A program made the position numbers and the translations under genes. Below are positions 48,077 through 58,433 of a DNA stretch of 64,000 nucleotides, piece by piece. Origin of the DNA: Flectonema sp. DT1601. Lineage: Eukaryota. Under the pieces are notes generated by a model. That model was given only the letters and a program-made list of their open reading frames with translations. It was not told the DNA's origin and made no database searches. The DNA lies in assembly GCA_964019425.1 (NCBI GenBank), contig OZ025797.1:496001-560000 (forward strand). Reading direction: 5' to 3'. Within the stretch, counting starts at the first letter, position 1. The number at the start of each line of letters is the position of its first letter.

Positions 48077-48158
48077 ATTTATTATTATTTTTTTTATTTT
48101 TCTATTATAAGTTAGTAGCGGACTATCCTTATTTTATTTAGTCAGCTTCACATTAACG

Positions 48159-49208
48159 ATGACTGTTGTCACTTCACTGTGGGTGTACCCTGTGAAATCA
48201 TTTAAAGGTGTATCAGTAACAGAGGCCACTATCGATTCAAACGGTTTTGAATTGGACCGGTTTTGGGTTGTTGTTGATAAGAAGAAGAATCAGTTTATAA
48301 GTCAACGGAGTCACGCTGTTCTGGGATCCATAGAAACAAATTTCGTATTTGATGGAAGTCGTGCTGTCGGTGTCAGGCTTAGCTGTAAGGGGAAGAAAGA
48401 CATAACGGTGATGATTAAAAAAGAATGGAAGAAAACTGATGAACGTCAAATTGAAGTTTGGGGAGACATTATGAAAACAGTTTCAAGTGGAGATGAAGTA
48501 GCAACCTGGATCAGTGAAATTATTAACAACTCACAAGAATATGAATTAGTGCAAAGACACCTTTCGATAACTCACAGACCTGTCAGTCGTTCCAGACAGG
48601 TTTTGGACAAAAAGAACATCCCACAGGATGAATTCACGACGGGATTTTCTGATGGATTCCCTTTCCTTCTTATTCAAGAAGAGTCTTTAGGGAAAATGAA
48701 TCACGACATGTCTAAAAAAGATAATTTCAATCCTGAATTACACAAAACAGTTACAATGAATCGCTTCAGACCCAACGTTGTTGTCTCATCGCAAGGTGAT
48801 TCACAACACGATGATGATGACATGTGGCTTCAGATAGTAATCGGATCTGCTACGTTCTATTGTCTAAAAGCTTGTGATCGTTGTGTTATGACAACTATCA
48901 ATCCATCAACTCAGAAACGTGATCCGGCATCTTCACCAGTCAACCCTTTAGCCTATCTTGAAGGTGCTCGAAACTTTGGACGTGGTGCCCTTTTTGGTCA
49001 AAACATGGTTTCGACGACACCTGGTTCCGTTGTTCGTATCGGTGACACAGTAAACGTTGTCTCGTTTAAAAGTGATAAACATTTTAATTACGACATGACT
49101 GAGAAGAGTGACTCCCTCTGCTCGAGTGCTGTTTGTGTGGCGTCAACTTCTGCAGTTGGTATTATGTGCTTTGTGTTGGGTAAGTATTTATTACGTAGCT
49201 CAGGATAA
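48159..49208 (+). CDS. MOSC-domain molybdoprotein (mARC/YcbX-like)
   Basis: LWVYPVKS, DRFWVV, FSDGFPFLL, RFRPNVVV, CDRCVMTTINP, FGQN...GD motifs. Confidence 0.9.
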   Translation: MTVVTSLWVYPVKSFKGVSVTEATIDSNGFELDRFWVVVDKKKNQFISQRSHAVLGSIETNFVFDGSRAVGVRLSCKGKKDITVMIKKEWKKTDERQIEVWGDIMKTVSSGDEVATWISEIINNSQEYELVQRHLSITHRPVSRSRQVLDKKNIPQDEFTTGFSDGFPFLLIQEESLGKMNHDMSKKDNFNPELHKTVTMNRFRPNVVVSSQGDSQHDDDDMWLQIVIGSATFYCLKACDRCVMTTINPSTQKRDPASSPVNPLAYLEGARNFGRGALFGQNMVSTTPGSVVRIGDTVNVVSFKSDKHFNYDMTEKSDSLCSSAVCVASTSAVGIMCFVLGKYLLRSSG

Positions 49209-50235
49209 TAAGTAAAGTGTGTTGATGTGGATTGGTTAGTCAGTCCAGACGAAAACGTTTCCGTTAATCAAACGATTTGAACAGCTTATCAACAGCAGTC
49301 ATTCTTCTGAGTTGGAAAACCAATGTAATACCGTCACTTTGTGTATCAATAATATGTAAAAAGAGAAATAACAATAAATTCTGTTCGAAAAAAACGAATA
49401 AAAGAAAAAAGCCAAAACGACAGCATGGCGAGCACGGCAACAACTTTCGATTTCTACCTCTTTATGTGTGCCAGCTACCAGTTGAAGATATTTTTTTAGT
49501 CACACTCACAACTCATCGTAACTCTTCAGAACTTATTACCAAACGTCTTAACGTTGATTGATAAAGATAAATAACTTGCAGTTGATATCATCATTTCCCT
49601 TCTCTAGTTGCAATGGGGAGTTATTATTCCCTTTATCCTCTTCTGACTCTTGGGTAATCTTGTGACACTGAACCAGAAGAAAGCTGTGACGAATTATTTG
49701 GATGCCTGGTCTGTGATGTTTTCTGGGTAAGTTATGCACCATTTGATGTGTCAACAGAGTGACAAAAGATTGATTAGCAATCCGTCTTCTGTAGACACTG
49801 TTTCATTAGTTTTAAAAGTGTGGAAAGAGACCAGTCAACCAGCGCGCTACGTGAGACTGTAGTCATCAAATCCAACGTACCGCGATAAACAGATTATGTG
49901 GATGATCGATTGTTGTTGACACTAATTAATATTTCGATTCCCCCCCTCTACCCCTTTTGGTTTTACAAGACGACAGCTGCCTATTCGCCCTGTTGTTCGC
50001 AGACTGCGTGCAGAGTCCCTCGAACATATAACGCGGTTCTCACGCTGTTGGTTTTATTAACTAATTTATTTGTTATTAATTATTCTTCAGTTCGTTAATT
50101 ACTTTCTTTCTCTTTCGTAGTAATCATGTGTGGAGTCAACAGAGAGAAGACTGAAAACAGTTTTTCTTCAACTTTGAATTCTCATTAAACCTCTTAATTA
50201 TTTCTGATTTCAGTTTTTATTTAACTACACACAAC

Positions 50236-50901
50236 ATGAATATCGACCAAGGTGCTGTGGAATTGAAAGTCACCAACAAGAGAGCCATCAAGCGGGCTAA
50301 AAAGATTTACAAAAAGCTGAGCTACTGCAGCGACGTAATGTTAGAAGAGAGTGCGAGAGGAATGGCCTGTTTGTACATCGCCTGTAAGATAGAAGGTGAG
50401 TCATACACTCCAGGAGAAATGGCGAGATATTCAGGAGTACCTGAGTCAGCATTCTTAAGAACATGTACTTGTATTCAATGTGTATTAAAGATTAAATATC
50501 CTCCAATCAGTATCGAATTCCTATGTGACACTTATCAAGTTAGAGGTCTCGATCCAGAGTATTTGAGAGATGAAACTAACAGCGCTCTCGACACACTTCA
50601 AGAAAGATTACCAAACGCGTTACTTGGGGACCTGCACACTTGTGCTTCGTTTCATTTAGTGTGCTTAAGAGACTCACCAAGTAAGGTTAAAGGAATAACT
50701 GACAAGGAATTATCTGGTGTTTGTAGTTGCGAACTTCAACGCTTTCGTGATACCCAAAAACTCATTACGAGAGTACTTCCCGAGATGGTACCTTCTCCGA
50801 AGGCCAAGTCGCCTCCTTCCAAACACAAGAGAAGTTCAAGTGGTCCTGTGAAGCGGATGAAGCAAGATTCGAGTCAAGATTCAAGTTCTCTCTCTGACTG
50901 A
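50236..50901 (+). CDS. ORC6: Origin recognition complex subunit 6-like (TFIIB/cyclin fold)
   Basis: Colinear by eye with plant/animal Orc6 (MNI....L...NKRAIKRA..I...; ACLYIAC; ARYSG...AF....IQ.VL.I....I..L...Y; ASFHL; L..VC.....F). A divergent TFIIB-fold protein is the alternative. Confidence 0.65.
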   Translation: MNIDQGAVELKVTNKRAIKRAKKIYKKLSYCSDVMLEESARGMACLYIACKIEGESYTPGEMARYSGVPESAFLRTCTCIQCVLKIKYPPISIEFLCDTYQVRGLDPEYLRDETNSALDTLQERLPNALLGDLHTCASFHLVCLRDSPSKVKGITDKELSGVCSCELQRFRDTQKLITRVLPEMVPSPKAKSPPSKHKRSSSGPVKRMKQDSSQDSSSLSD

Positions 50902-51504
50902 TGTTTCTTACTCAGCAACTGATACGTCCTGCGATTAGTATTTTATAAATACTTCCTTCACAATGACGGCAATTAGACATCCTCTGTGTGTTAAGTTTCT
51001 TAGTCAGGTGAGTTTTTGTTTGCTCTCAATTTGTTGATTGGTCTGGTTCGGTGTGTGAGAAAAAGAATAGATAAACCAAAACAAGAAAAATATAACGAAA
51101 TTAACCCACGATTGCAGCCCAATTGCTTGCAAGCGTTTGTGAGTACCTCACAGTTCCTCTCATGCTTTCGATTCTGAGTTACTACACCTTGTGTAGAACT
51201 TGGGATTACTTTTCATTTAACGACAGCTCTTTAGTGGACCGCCCCACTTACTAGAAGAGCAGTTTTTGATCTAATTAGTCCTGTGTGTGTTTGTACGGAA
51301 TTACTGTTCTATTTTCTCAAAGTTTGACATGTTAATATGAGTGAGCGGCAGACGGGAATACAAATAAACTAAAAATAGATTCGGATCATGAAAACGGAAC
51401 AGCTCGGGTGGACACTCTTGAGCTCAGAGAATATGAGAGTATGAGTAGTAATTACGACCGCTGGTTATCATTTTATTTATTCATTCAACAGGAGGGAACT
51501 TCAG

Positions 51505-52728
51505 ATGGTGTTTTCGGTATTTTGTGTTGCCGATGTCTGCGGCGGGAAATGGAATCTGGTTGTAGAGTTTCCATCGAATCAGGTGCTGGAGTACGGGGAT
51601 TTCATGGACACCATCGAAAGCTGCTTCACATATGAATGTGAGAAGTGGGGAAAGGGTGCAGAGTTTAACTCAGAATACGCGACGATACTCGAAACTGAGA
51701 GAGACATCGACAGGTTAGGAGAGGAGAGGATGACTTACTACAGTGGTGAGAGAGTAACTCAGGAGTTGTTGGAAACACTTGTCGATGGTACGCAGCTTCA
51801 CATTCATCAATACGGAGTACCTGAGATAAACGGACCGCTGCCGCCTCCGAGAAATACAATTTGCTGGCGTCTTGTTGAGTTGTATAATTTTGCTGGTCCA
51901 GAAGTTGATATGGTTACCAACCTTTTCTTCGCATTCGATACTCGCAACACTTGTATCATAACACATGAGACAATGACAGAAGCATTCCCTTGCCCTGCGA
52001 AGTCACTAAAGCTCGTCAACAGCGCCTTTAAGGAAGCTGACCCTAAGCAGCTCGGATACGTCACATTTGGCAGCTGGTTGGAGTTAGCATCAGATACTCC
52101 TTCATTAATATACTCAATCAATAATGAGTACATGTGGCAGAAGTCACGTGGAATTGGTGCCAAACCTTCAGACAACGTTGAGGGGGGTGTCCAACATCGT
52201 ACTACAGAAAAGAAGACAACAGGAAGAAGTTCAAATAGTGGCAGGCAATCCAGACCACAAAGAAGTGATCAAGCGGGATCACAGTCAGGTAGTCGCAGTA
52301 GTAGCTTACGAAGAAGTCGAATAAGTAGATCCACATCTGGTTCTGGTACCGCACCTACCAGACGAACTGCGTCTCCAGGTGCTTCGTACACGTTAGCAAC
52401 TCAGTCAGCGGTGAATAAGAAATCTGAAAAACCTTCTCATCGAATCAGCCGAGTGTCCCGAGTATCTTCCATCATTCCACCGCAAACAGCCCGCAGACGT
52501 AGCATCAGCGGAGGTCTCCGCCCTGGCAATTCTCATCCGCCAACATCAAGGCCCTCTTCATCACGACCTTCCTCCGGTCGGAGTAAAGTAGGGTTCGAAA
52601 AGAAATCAAATCCACACAGTGGGGACCCGATCGTTGTTCGCAGACGTAGCAGCGGTCACAACTCTACTCTTGTAAGGGAGGAGGATGTTAGCGATGCTTA
52701 TAAACGCGCTATGTCTCGATTGGGGTAG
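51505..52728 (+). CDS. BILBO1-family protein (BILBO1 N-terminal domain + 2 EF-hands + Ser/Arg-rich tail)
   Basis: FSVFCVADVCGGKWNLVVEFP...IESCF..E and L.DGTQLHIHQ....LPPP match the BILBO1 NTD pattern; degenerate EF-hands FDTRNTCIIT and ADPKQLGYVTF. Confidence 0.75.
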   Translation: MVFSVFCVADVCGGKWNLVVEFPSNQVLEYGDFMDTIESCFTYECEKWGKGAEFNSEYATILETERDIDRLGEERMTYYSGERVTQELLETLVDGTQLHIHQYGVPEINGPLPPPRNTICWRLVELYNFAGPEVDMVTNLFFAFDTRNTCIITHETMTEAFPCPAKSLKLVNSAFKEADPKQLGYVTFGSWLELASDTPSLIYSINNEYMWQKSRGIGAKPSDNVEGGVQHRTTEKKTTGRSSNSGRQSRPQRSDQAGSQSGSRSSSLRRSRISRSTSGSGTAPTRRTASPGASYTLATQSAVNKKSEKPSHRISRVSRVSSIIPPQTARRRSISGGLRPGNSHPPTSRPSSSRPSSGRSKVGFEKKSNPHSGDPIVVRRRSSGHNSTLVREEDVSDAYKRAMSRLG

Positions 52729-53206
52729 ACGAGAACTTGAGAGTCAACAAGTGTAGAGTTCGTATTTCAGTACAGAATTCAATCAATTCTCACCACTGGA
52801 TAGTTAACTTTTCAGGGAGTGTTTTTAAAGTTTAGATCATTCTATCCTCCCTCTTCGAATAAAGCTCTCTTCCAGTTTGAGAATCCACCATTCCCCTAAT
52901 CTCTAAATATGTGGGTCTTATAGAACTTGCTGTTTATTACAATTTGTATCTTAGATTTTTTCAAATAACGAATTCATTCTTTCCTCCTTACCGATTTCCT
53001 TTCGGTGTTTCCCTCGAACTCGTATCGCCTGTATTTCGTTAGATGGTTTATTGTTGTTAAGAATAAAAGAAAGTATCACTCCCTCGGACACTCCCCCTCC
53101 CTTAATAGATTAAAGTTATTGTTTATGTTGTTTGAAGTAATTAAATTATTTTTCAGATCCTCCCATCCCCAACCCCGCCCAACCCTCTCTATTTTGATAG
53201 AAGAAA

Positions 53207-54964
53207 ATGGTCGCCACAACAGGACTTACTGCTATGCACACTGACGATCGCCCATTTCAAACTGTGGGGAGAACGAGGCCATTTAGTGATGATGGAACAC
53301 AACAAGAACATTTAATTCCTTTGACTGAGTTCGTACCAGGTAATGTACACGGAAAGGATCAGGAAATGTTTTTAAGTGCAGTCTCTCAGTTATTTAAAAT
53401 TTACGGTAAGATGATTCAGAGATGTAATAAGTTAGTAGTAAATAAAGGTTCAGTAATAATAAAAGGAAATTATACCAAAAAGGATATAAAATCTCTGCTA
53501 TCAAAGTTATGTATTTCAAAATACGTCAAACTTCCTGAGAGGCAATGTTACGCTTTAATGAATAACCAAAACCTAGTTGACTTTACTCGAGACACGGGTG
53601 CCTTTGCCATTTGTCGACCAAAGCAGGAAACTGTTTTGGTATTGGGACCTGCTGACCGAGTAAAACATGCCGCAAATTACATCATCAGTAATTTCGCTAC
53701 CAGTGAACCTAACCACAGGTCAGATCGCCGTATTATGAAAATTGCTGTCGTTGCCAGACAATACATTCTCGATAACCGTTCTTCATTAGTTGATAAGGGT
53801 CATATTTGGATTGATCGCGCGTCTGAGAAAGACGGTGGTCAAGATCTTCACATTGTTGGCTATCCCCGTGATTTTGATTTTGATTCTGCTGAACGCGCTA
53901 TCCGAAAGTGTGAAATAGATTTCATAAATCAAATATCTGAAACTACTTCTGAAGTACAAACTGATGAGAAGCCACAAGTTGTGTCTCAACAAGGAACTAC
54001 TACTACGACAGTACCTGCAGTCGGTGGATCAGCTGCTTCAATTGGTCAATTCAGAAAACATCGCGATTCTAGTAAGTTACTCATCGCTGATCCTCCTGAA
54101 GAGATTAGTGGATCTTCTTCAACGTCTGCAATTAAAAACAGTCAGCCTACAGTCAAGAAACCTCCACAAGTTCCAGTACATCAGTTCAGCAATCCTCCGT
54201 CAGCGAGTACTGTTGACTTTCCTTATCTTACAAACCCGTTGAGAAGTAGTGTTGCGGCGTTTAGTAAATATCGAGACACCAATAACATCTGGATGGCACG
54301 CGTACCGTCGAGTGGTGTCTCTACGGGGAGTACATTGTTTGCTTACCACAGCAGTATTAGTAGCAATAATGGAGAAGAAATAGTTGAAGATGACTTAGAG
54401 TTATCTCCTTCTACTTGGATTGGAGATGATTGGGGACCAGACAAGGAAGAGGTAAACGATTCGAGTCCTTCTTCTTCATCAGCATCTAGGCTTCTGAGAC
54501 AGCTTCATTCAGCAACTTATTCAGCTGGTGGAGCTCCTCTTACAGTTACAGAGAAGGGAATATTGAAAGACATATGTCAGGCTGCAGGTATTCTCGAGAC
54601 CAGCGTACCCTCTCCACCTAGTCCACCACTTTCACCGACAGTAACTGTACTGATAAACTATACAGGTGCTATTACAAAACTAATTGGTTATCATACATTA
54701 AAACTCACTGCTGGACTTCCCTTCTCTTCAATTAAGCATGAGATTTGCGACTATCTTCATCTCCCCACTTCCGCTTGCAGCTTCCTCCGACAGGATCCCG
54801 AATTTGACGTAAGCGTTAACCTCAACGAGGATGAGATAATCGCCGATAAAACAAGGTTTGTTTATTTTCTTTTTCCCTTCTCAAAGTTAGAGTCAAATAA
54901 TCATCACAAGGGATGGCAATAAAACAAACACAGGCTCGTACTGATACATGAAGAGAATGGTTAA
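53207..54964 (+). CDS. Hypothetical protein, join(53207..54855,54934..54964); possible degenerate KH-like repeats and C-terminal beta-grasp domain
   Basis: Long ORF; GT-AG intron 54856-54933 with the same composition as the other introns gives the C-terminus KTRLVLIHEENG*. Domain guesses are weak. Confidence 0.7.
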
Positions 54965-57900
54965 GTAACCACTCTTAACCCGTTAACGGCACTCAGCAGA
55001 ACATAATTCTGACCACATCACAGAATCCATCCTTTCTGTGATACGATTGTCGAGAATCGCCCACGGCTTCATTAGCCGGAGATTCCCTATTTTATTTTTA
55101 TTTTCTATTCATCTTTTCCCACCTTTTATTATTATTTTTTTTTTTTTTAATTTTATTTTGTTGTCGGGGGTTTTTGAGGGAGGAAATTCTTTTTAAAAAA
55201 AAGAAAAGAAAAAATAAATAAATTAAAAAAATATGTAAAAGTAGTTTTCAAATAAAACATAAAAAAGTAATGAAATGAACTCTCGTTCTACAACCTTTTG
55301 ACTTTAATTGGTGCCGAGCACTCGATGTTTACCGAAAAGACGCGTGGCCTAACACCTGAATTGTCTCAACGAGAAGATAAATTGCAACGAACTGCCTGCA
55401 GTTATCTCACCGATTGACCTATGGAAAGACGAAAATGGAACCCGAAGAGCTCTGCTTGCTTTTTCCATATTTTGTCTGCAGTTTTTGATATTGCTCTCTC
55501 ATTTTCTTAGATAGTAGGTGCTGCGTTCATTCTCGATAATAATATTGTGTATTCATTTTCTGAATGCATTGCGCACTGTGTTGAAGTTATCTAAATAAAT
55601 ACGAGTAGTTGATGAAGTAATACGTGTTTTGAGAGAACAAAACAAAACAAAACAAAAAAAAAAAAAAAAAAAAAGTTAGAAATATAATCATACTCACACC
55701 ATTTCCCGCAGAAGAATACACTTCTTCCTCACATTTTATTTTTATTATTTTGTCAGTTATTTCAGTTTTTCTTTTCTTTTCAAATCTCTTTACGATCTCG
55801 GCGAGCTTCTGTTGGTTTGTGTAGGCATTGCGGTGGAAAGAAAAAAGAATAAATTTAAAAATAAAAAAATAAAAGAGAAACTGTTTTCCTGCTGGTACAG
55901 CTACTGCCTTGCATGTCGCTTCCTCTCATGTGTCCCCCGGAAATCACGAATGTGGAAAATAAAAAAACGGATATTGCAGCTTTTTTCTAGCTCTTCAGAC
56001 ATATTTCGGTTGCGTGGAGTTTTTTGCTTTCCCCCCCTTGTCGCCAGCTCTGAGAGTTGTATTCTTAATTCTTCCTCCAAGTCTTTAATAGAAAGAAGAG
56101 AAAAGAACAGAAAGATTATAATTGCAGTACAAACTGTGGCAAATATCCAGCTGAAGTAGTTGGTCTGGAAGGGAGCAATTCATAATTTCTTTAGCCGCTC
56201 TGTTCTACACATTCCACGATGGCTGTCTCATTCCTTCGCAGAGTTTGACAAGTTATCAGTTTCTGTAAGCAGAGAACACCAGCAGATGCTTTATTATTAT
56301 TACACTGCTGAGGTAGTTGGTACTGCTCACTCTCTTGCCTATCTTTTGTAGTTGTTCTTCTGGGTAAGAAATAACTCCTTAAGACTAAGAGATACACGTT
56401 GTGGATTGGCGCCGTTCCGCCCGGACTTGTTGTTAGTATGGCGCCGGTTGGATGACGAAAATGACCCAAATGCGGTGTGTTCATTCAAAGCTAGCCAATA
56501 ATTCCCTTTCACATCCGACTGCGCACCTTCCCCGTGACCTATTCCCTTTCACGGCAGGTTGCGATTTCCGACGATCGGCGCTTGGCTTTCTGGAATATAC
56601 TCCCAACACACCCACAACACGCATATTCCCTTTTTAATTTTTCTTTCGTTACTTACCGATCAGCTATTTCTTTGACGCAAACCGAATTGTTCGTTTGTAA
56701 ACAATTCGTTGTCGTCAGTAGTAAAGTTGAGTAAAAAGTTGCTACGTTCGTGCCCAGGCTAACTACTAAACGCATGTCTGAAATAATAAGATTATGTTTT
56801 TTTCTTCGCTAGTTTTTCTGAACAGGATAAACCCCATTGCTTCCCCTTTGCCCGATCAATATATTTTCTTGCAGTCGCATTATTGCTTTTCATCATTACT
56901 GTATTAAGGAGTTGAACAGGTGTTAATATTTTGTCGTATTTGTTTTCTGTTAATGGATTCGTAAGTTGAATACTTACTTTACTCAGCCGACAATCGCTAT
57001 AAAAAAAAAAAAAAAAAACCGGCTGTATTAGATTGACGACAATAAATAAATTACTTTGGTGGGTTATACCTTTTTTCCCCTCTGTTTTTTTTTTTTTTTT
57101 TTGTTTTTCGGTTTGTCACGGTTTGGTCACGTTCGCGGGATTTTTTCTCTTTTTCAAAGATCATCATGGAAAAAAACGAAATCCTGGGTGATAAAAAATA
57201 GTGCATTTTGTCAAGTGGACTCCCACAATCTTAGTAGCAACAAATAAAAAGTGAGGAAGCCAGCACCGCGCTAACTCTTCATTCAAGCAGAACGTGCGCG
57301 TCAAAAATATCGCGCCACCCGTTCTGTTAACAGTTGCATGTATCGGATTAGGAATCTGATCTCGTCACGCGCTGAATGCATTAGTTGCACTGGGTACGCA
57401 GTGTCCATTTTTTCTCTTTTTTCTGATCAAACAAAAAAGGATTGCGTGCACATTTTTTTTCAGGACAGCCCATCGTGTCCAAACTGTGATTTGACACAAA
57501 ACTTATTCACGAAAAGGGACAACCTTGCGGTGGTCGATTGATTGCTGTGATTTGCTGCAGTTTTCGATCGATGGTTAGTTTGTTTTTTTTCCATTTTTTC
57601 TTTCTTTTTGGGTTCCACGTACTCTCACGTATAATGCTTTGCGAGATTGACACCTTGATTGATAGTCCAGCCCTTTGTCTTAGCACCTCAAAAAAAAAAA
57701 AAAAACGCTGCAGCTGAGATTCCTTTGTCGCAATCCAAATATATACAATTTTCAGAATCAGCCAACTCCAGATATCGTTAAAAAGTCTTTCACTTGTTTG
57801 CAAGAAAATGAATAACTGATATTATTATATTTGCTTAATATTGAAAATGAAAAATAAAAACGGCAATGCTCACTTGTTGACGAACTAATCTCTGAGAGGA

Positions 57901-58433
57901 TGTGCATCAGCCACTAGATTTTACGTATTTATCGATCAAAGGATAGCAAGGGAGCGTTGGTTTGTATGAAAATAATGAAAACAAGTAATCAGGGAGGGGG
58001 GAAAAAAAAAAAAAAAAAAAAAAAAAAGAAGTATGTTTTCCCTACTCCACTCCCCTTCAATTTAATTTTGATTTTTCTATTTTTCGAATAAACAGGCGAC
58101 GGTGAAGTGAGAATACTAAGAAAGAATAGGGGAAAAAAAAAAAAAAAAAAAAAACAAACGAGTTAGAACAAATCAAAGGAAGTGAAGCATCTCATATTCA
58201 TAACAAGCGGTGGTAGAATTTCTCGTCCGCGTTCGTTAAATATTTTTACCTCACAAAAGTGACTCACATAAATATGGCAGACCAGGTAAGGCAGCAGAAC
58301 TGATAACTCTTATCCATTTCAACAGATCACATTTATTAGTTAAATGTTTGTCAATTGTGATAAATATGGTTAATTTCCGATTACACAGGACAAAAAATAA
58401 CAAAATACAACAATAAAGCAAAGTAATCAATAA

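Noticed and set aside
56257..56267. Second SL fragment CAGTTTCTGTA
   Set aside because: Only 11 nt, without the CTTTATTG end; compatible with chance.
56405..56560. GC-rich hairpins (GGCGCC pair; CCGTGA/TCACGG)
   Set aside because: Single copy, no recognisable family motif; insufficient evidence.
57253..57270. SSU rRNA-like GCCAGCACCGCGCTAA
   Set aside because: Short imperfect match with no flanking rRNA similarity.
58274..58388. Upstream mini-exon ATGGCAGACCAG|GTAAG for the RNF213-like gene
   Set aside because: Splicing to the AG at 58388 gives an immediate stop, and a TAA directly precedes ATG 58434.
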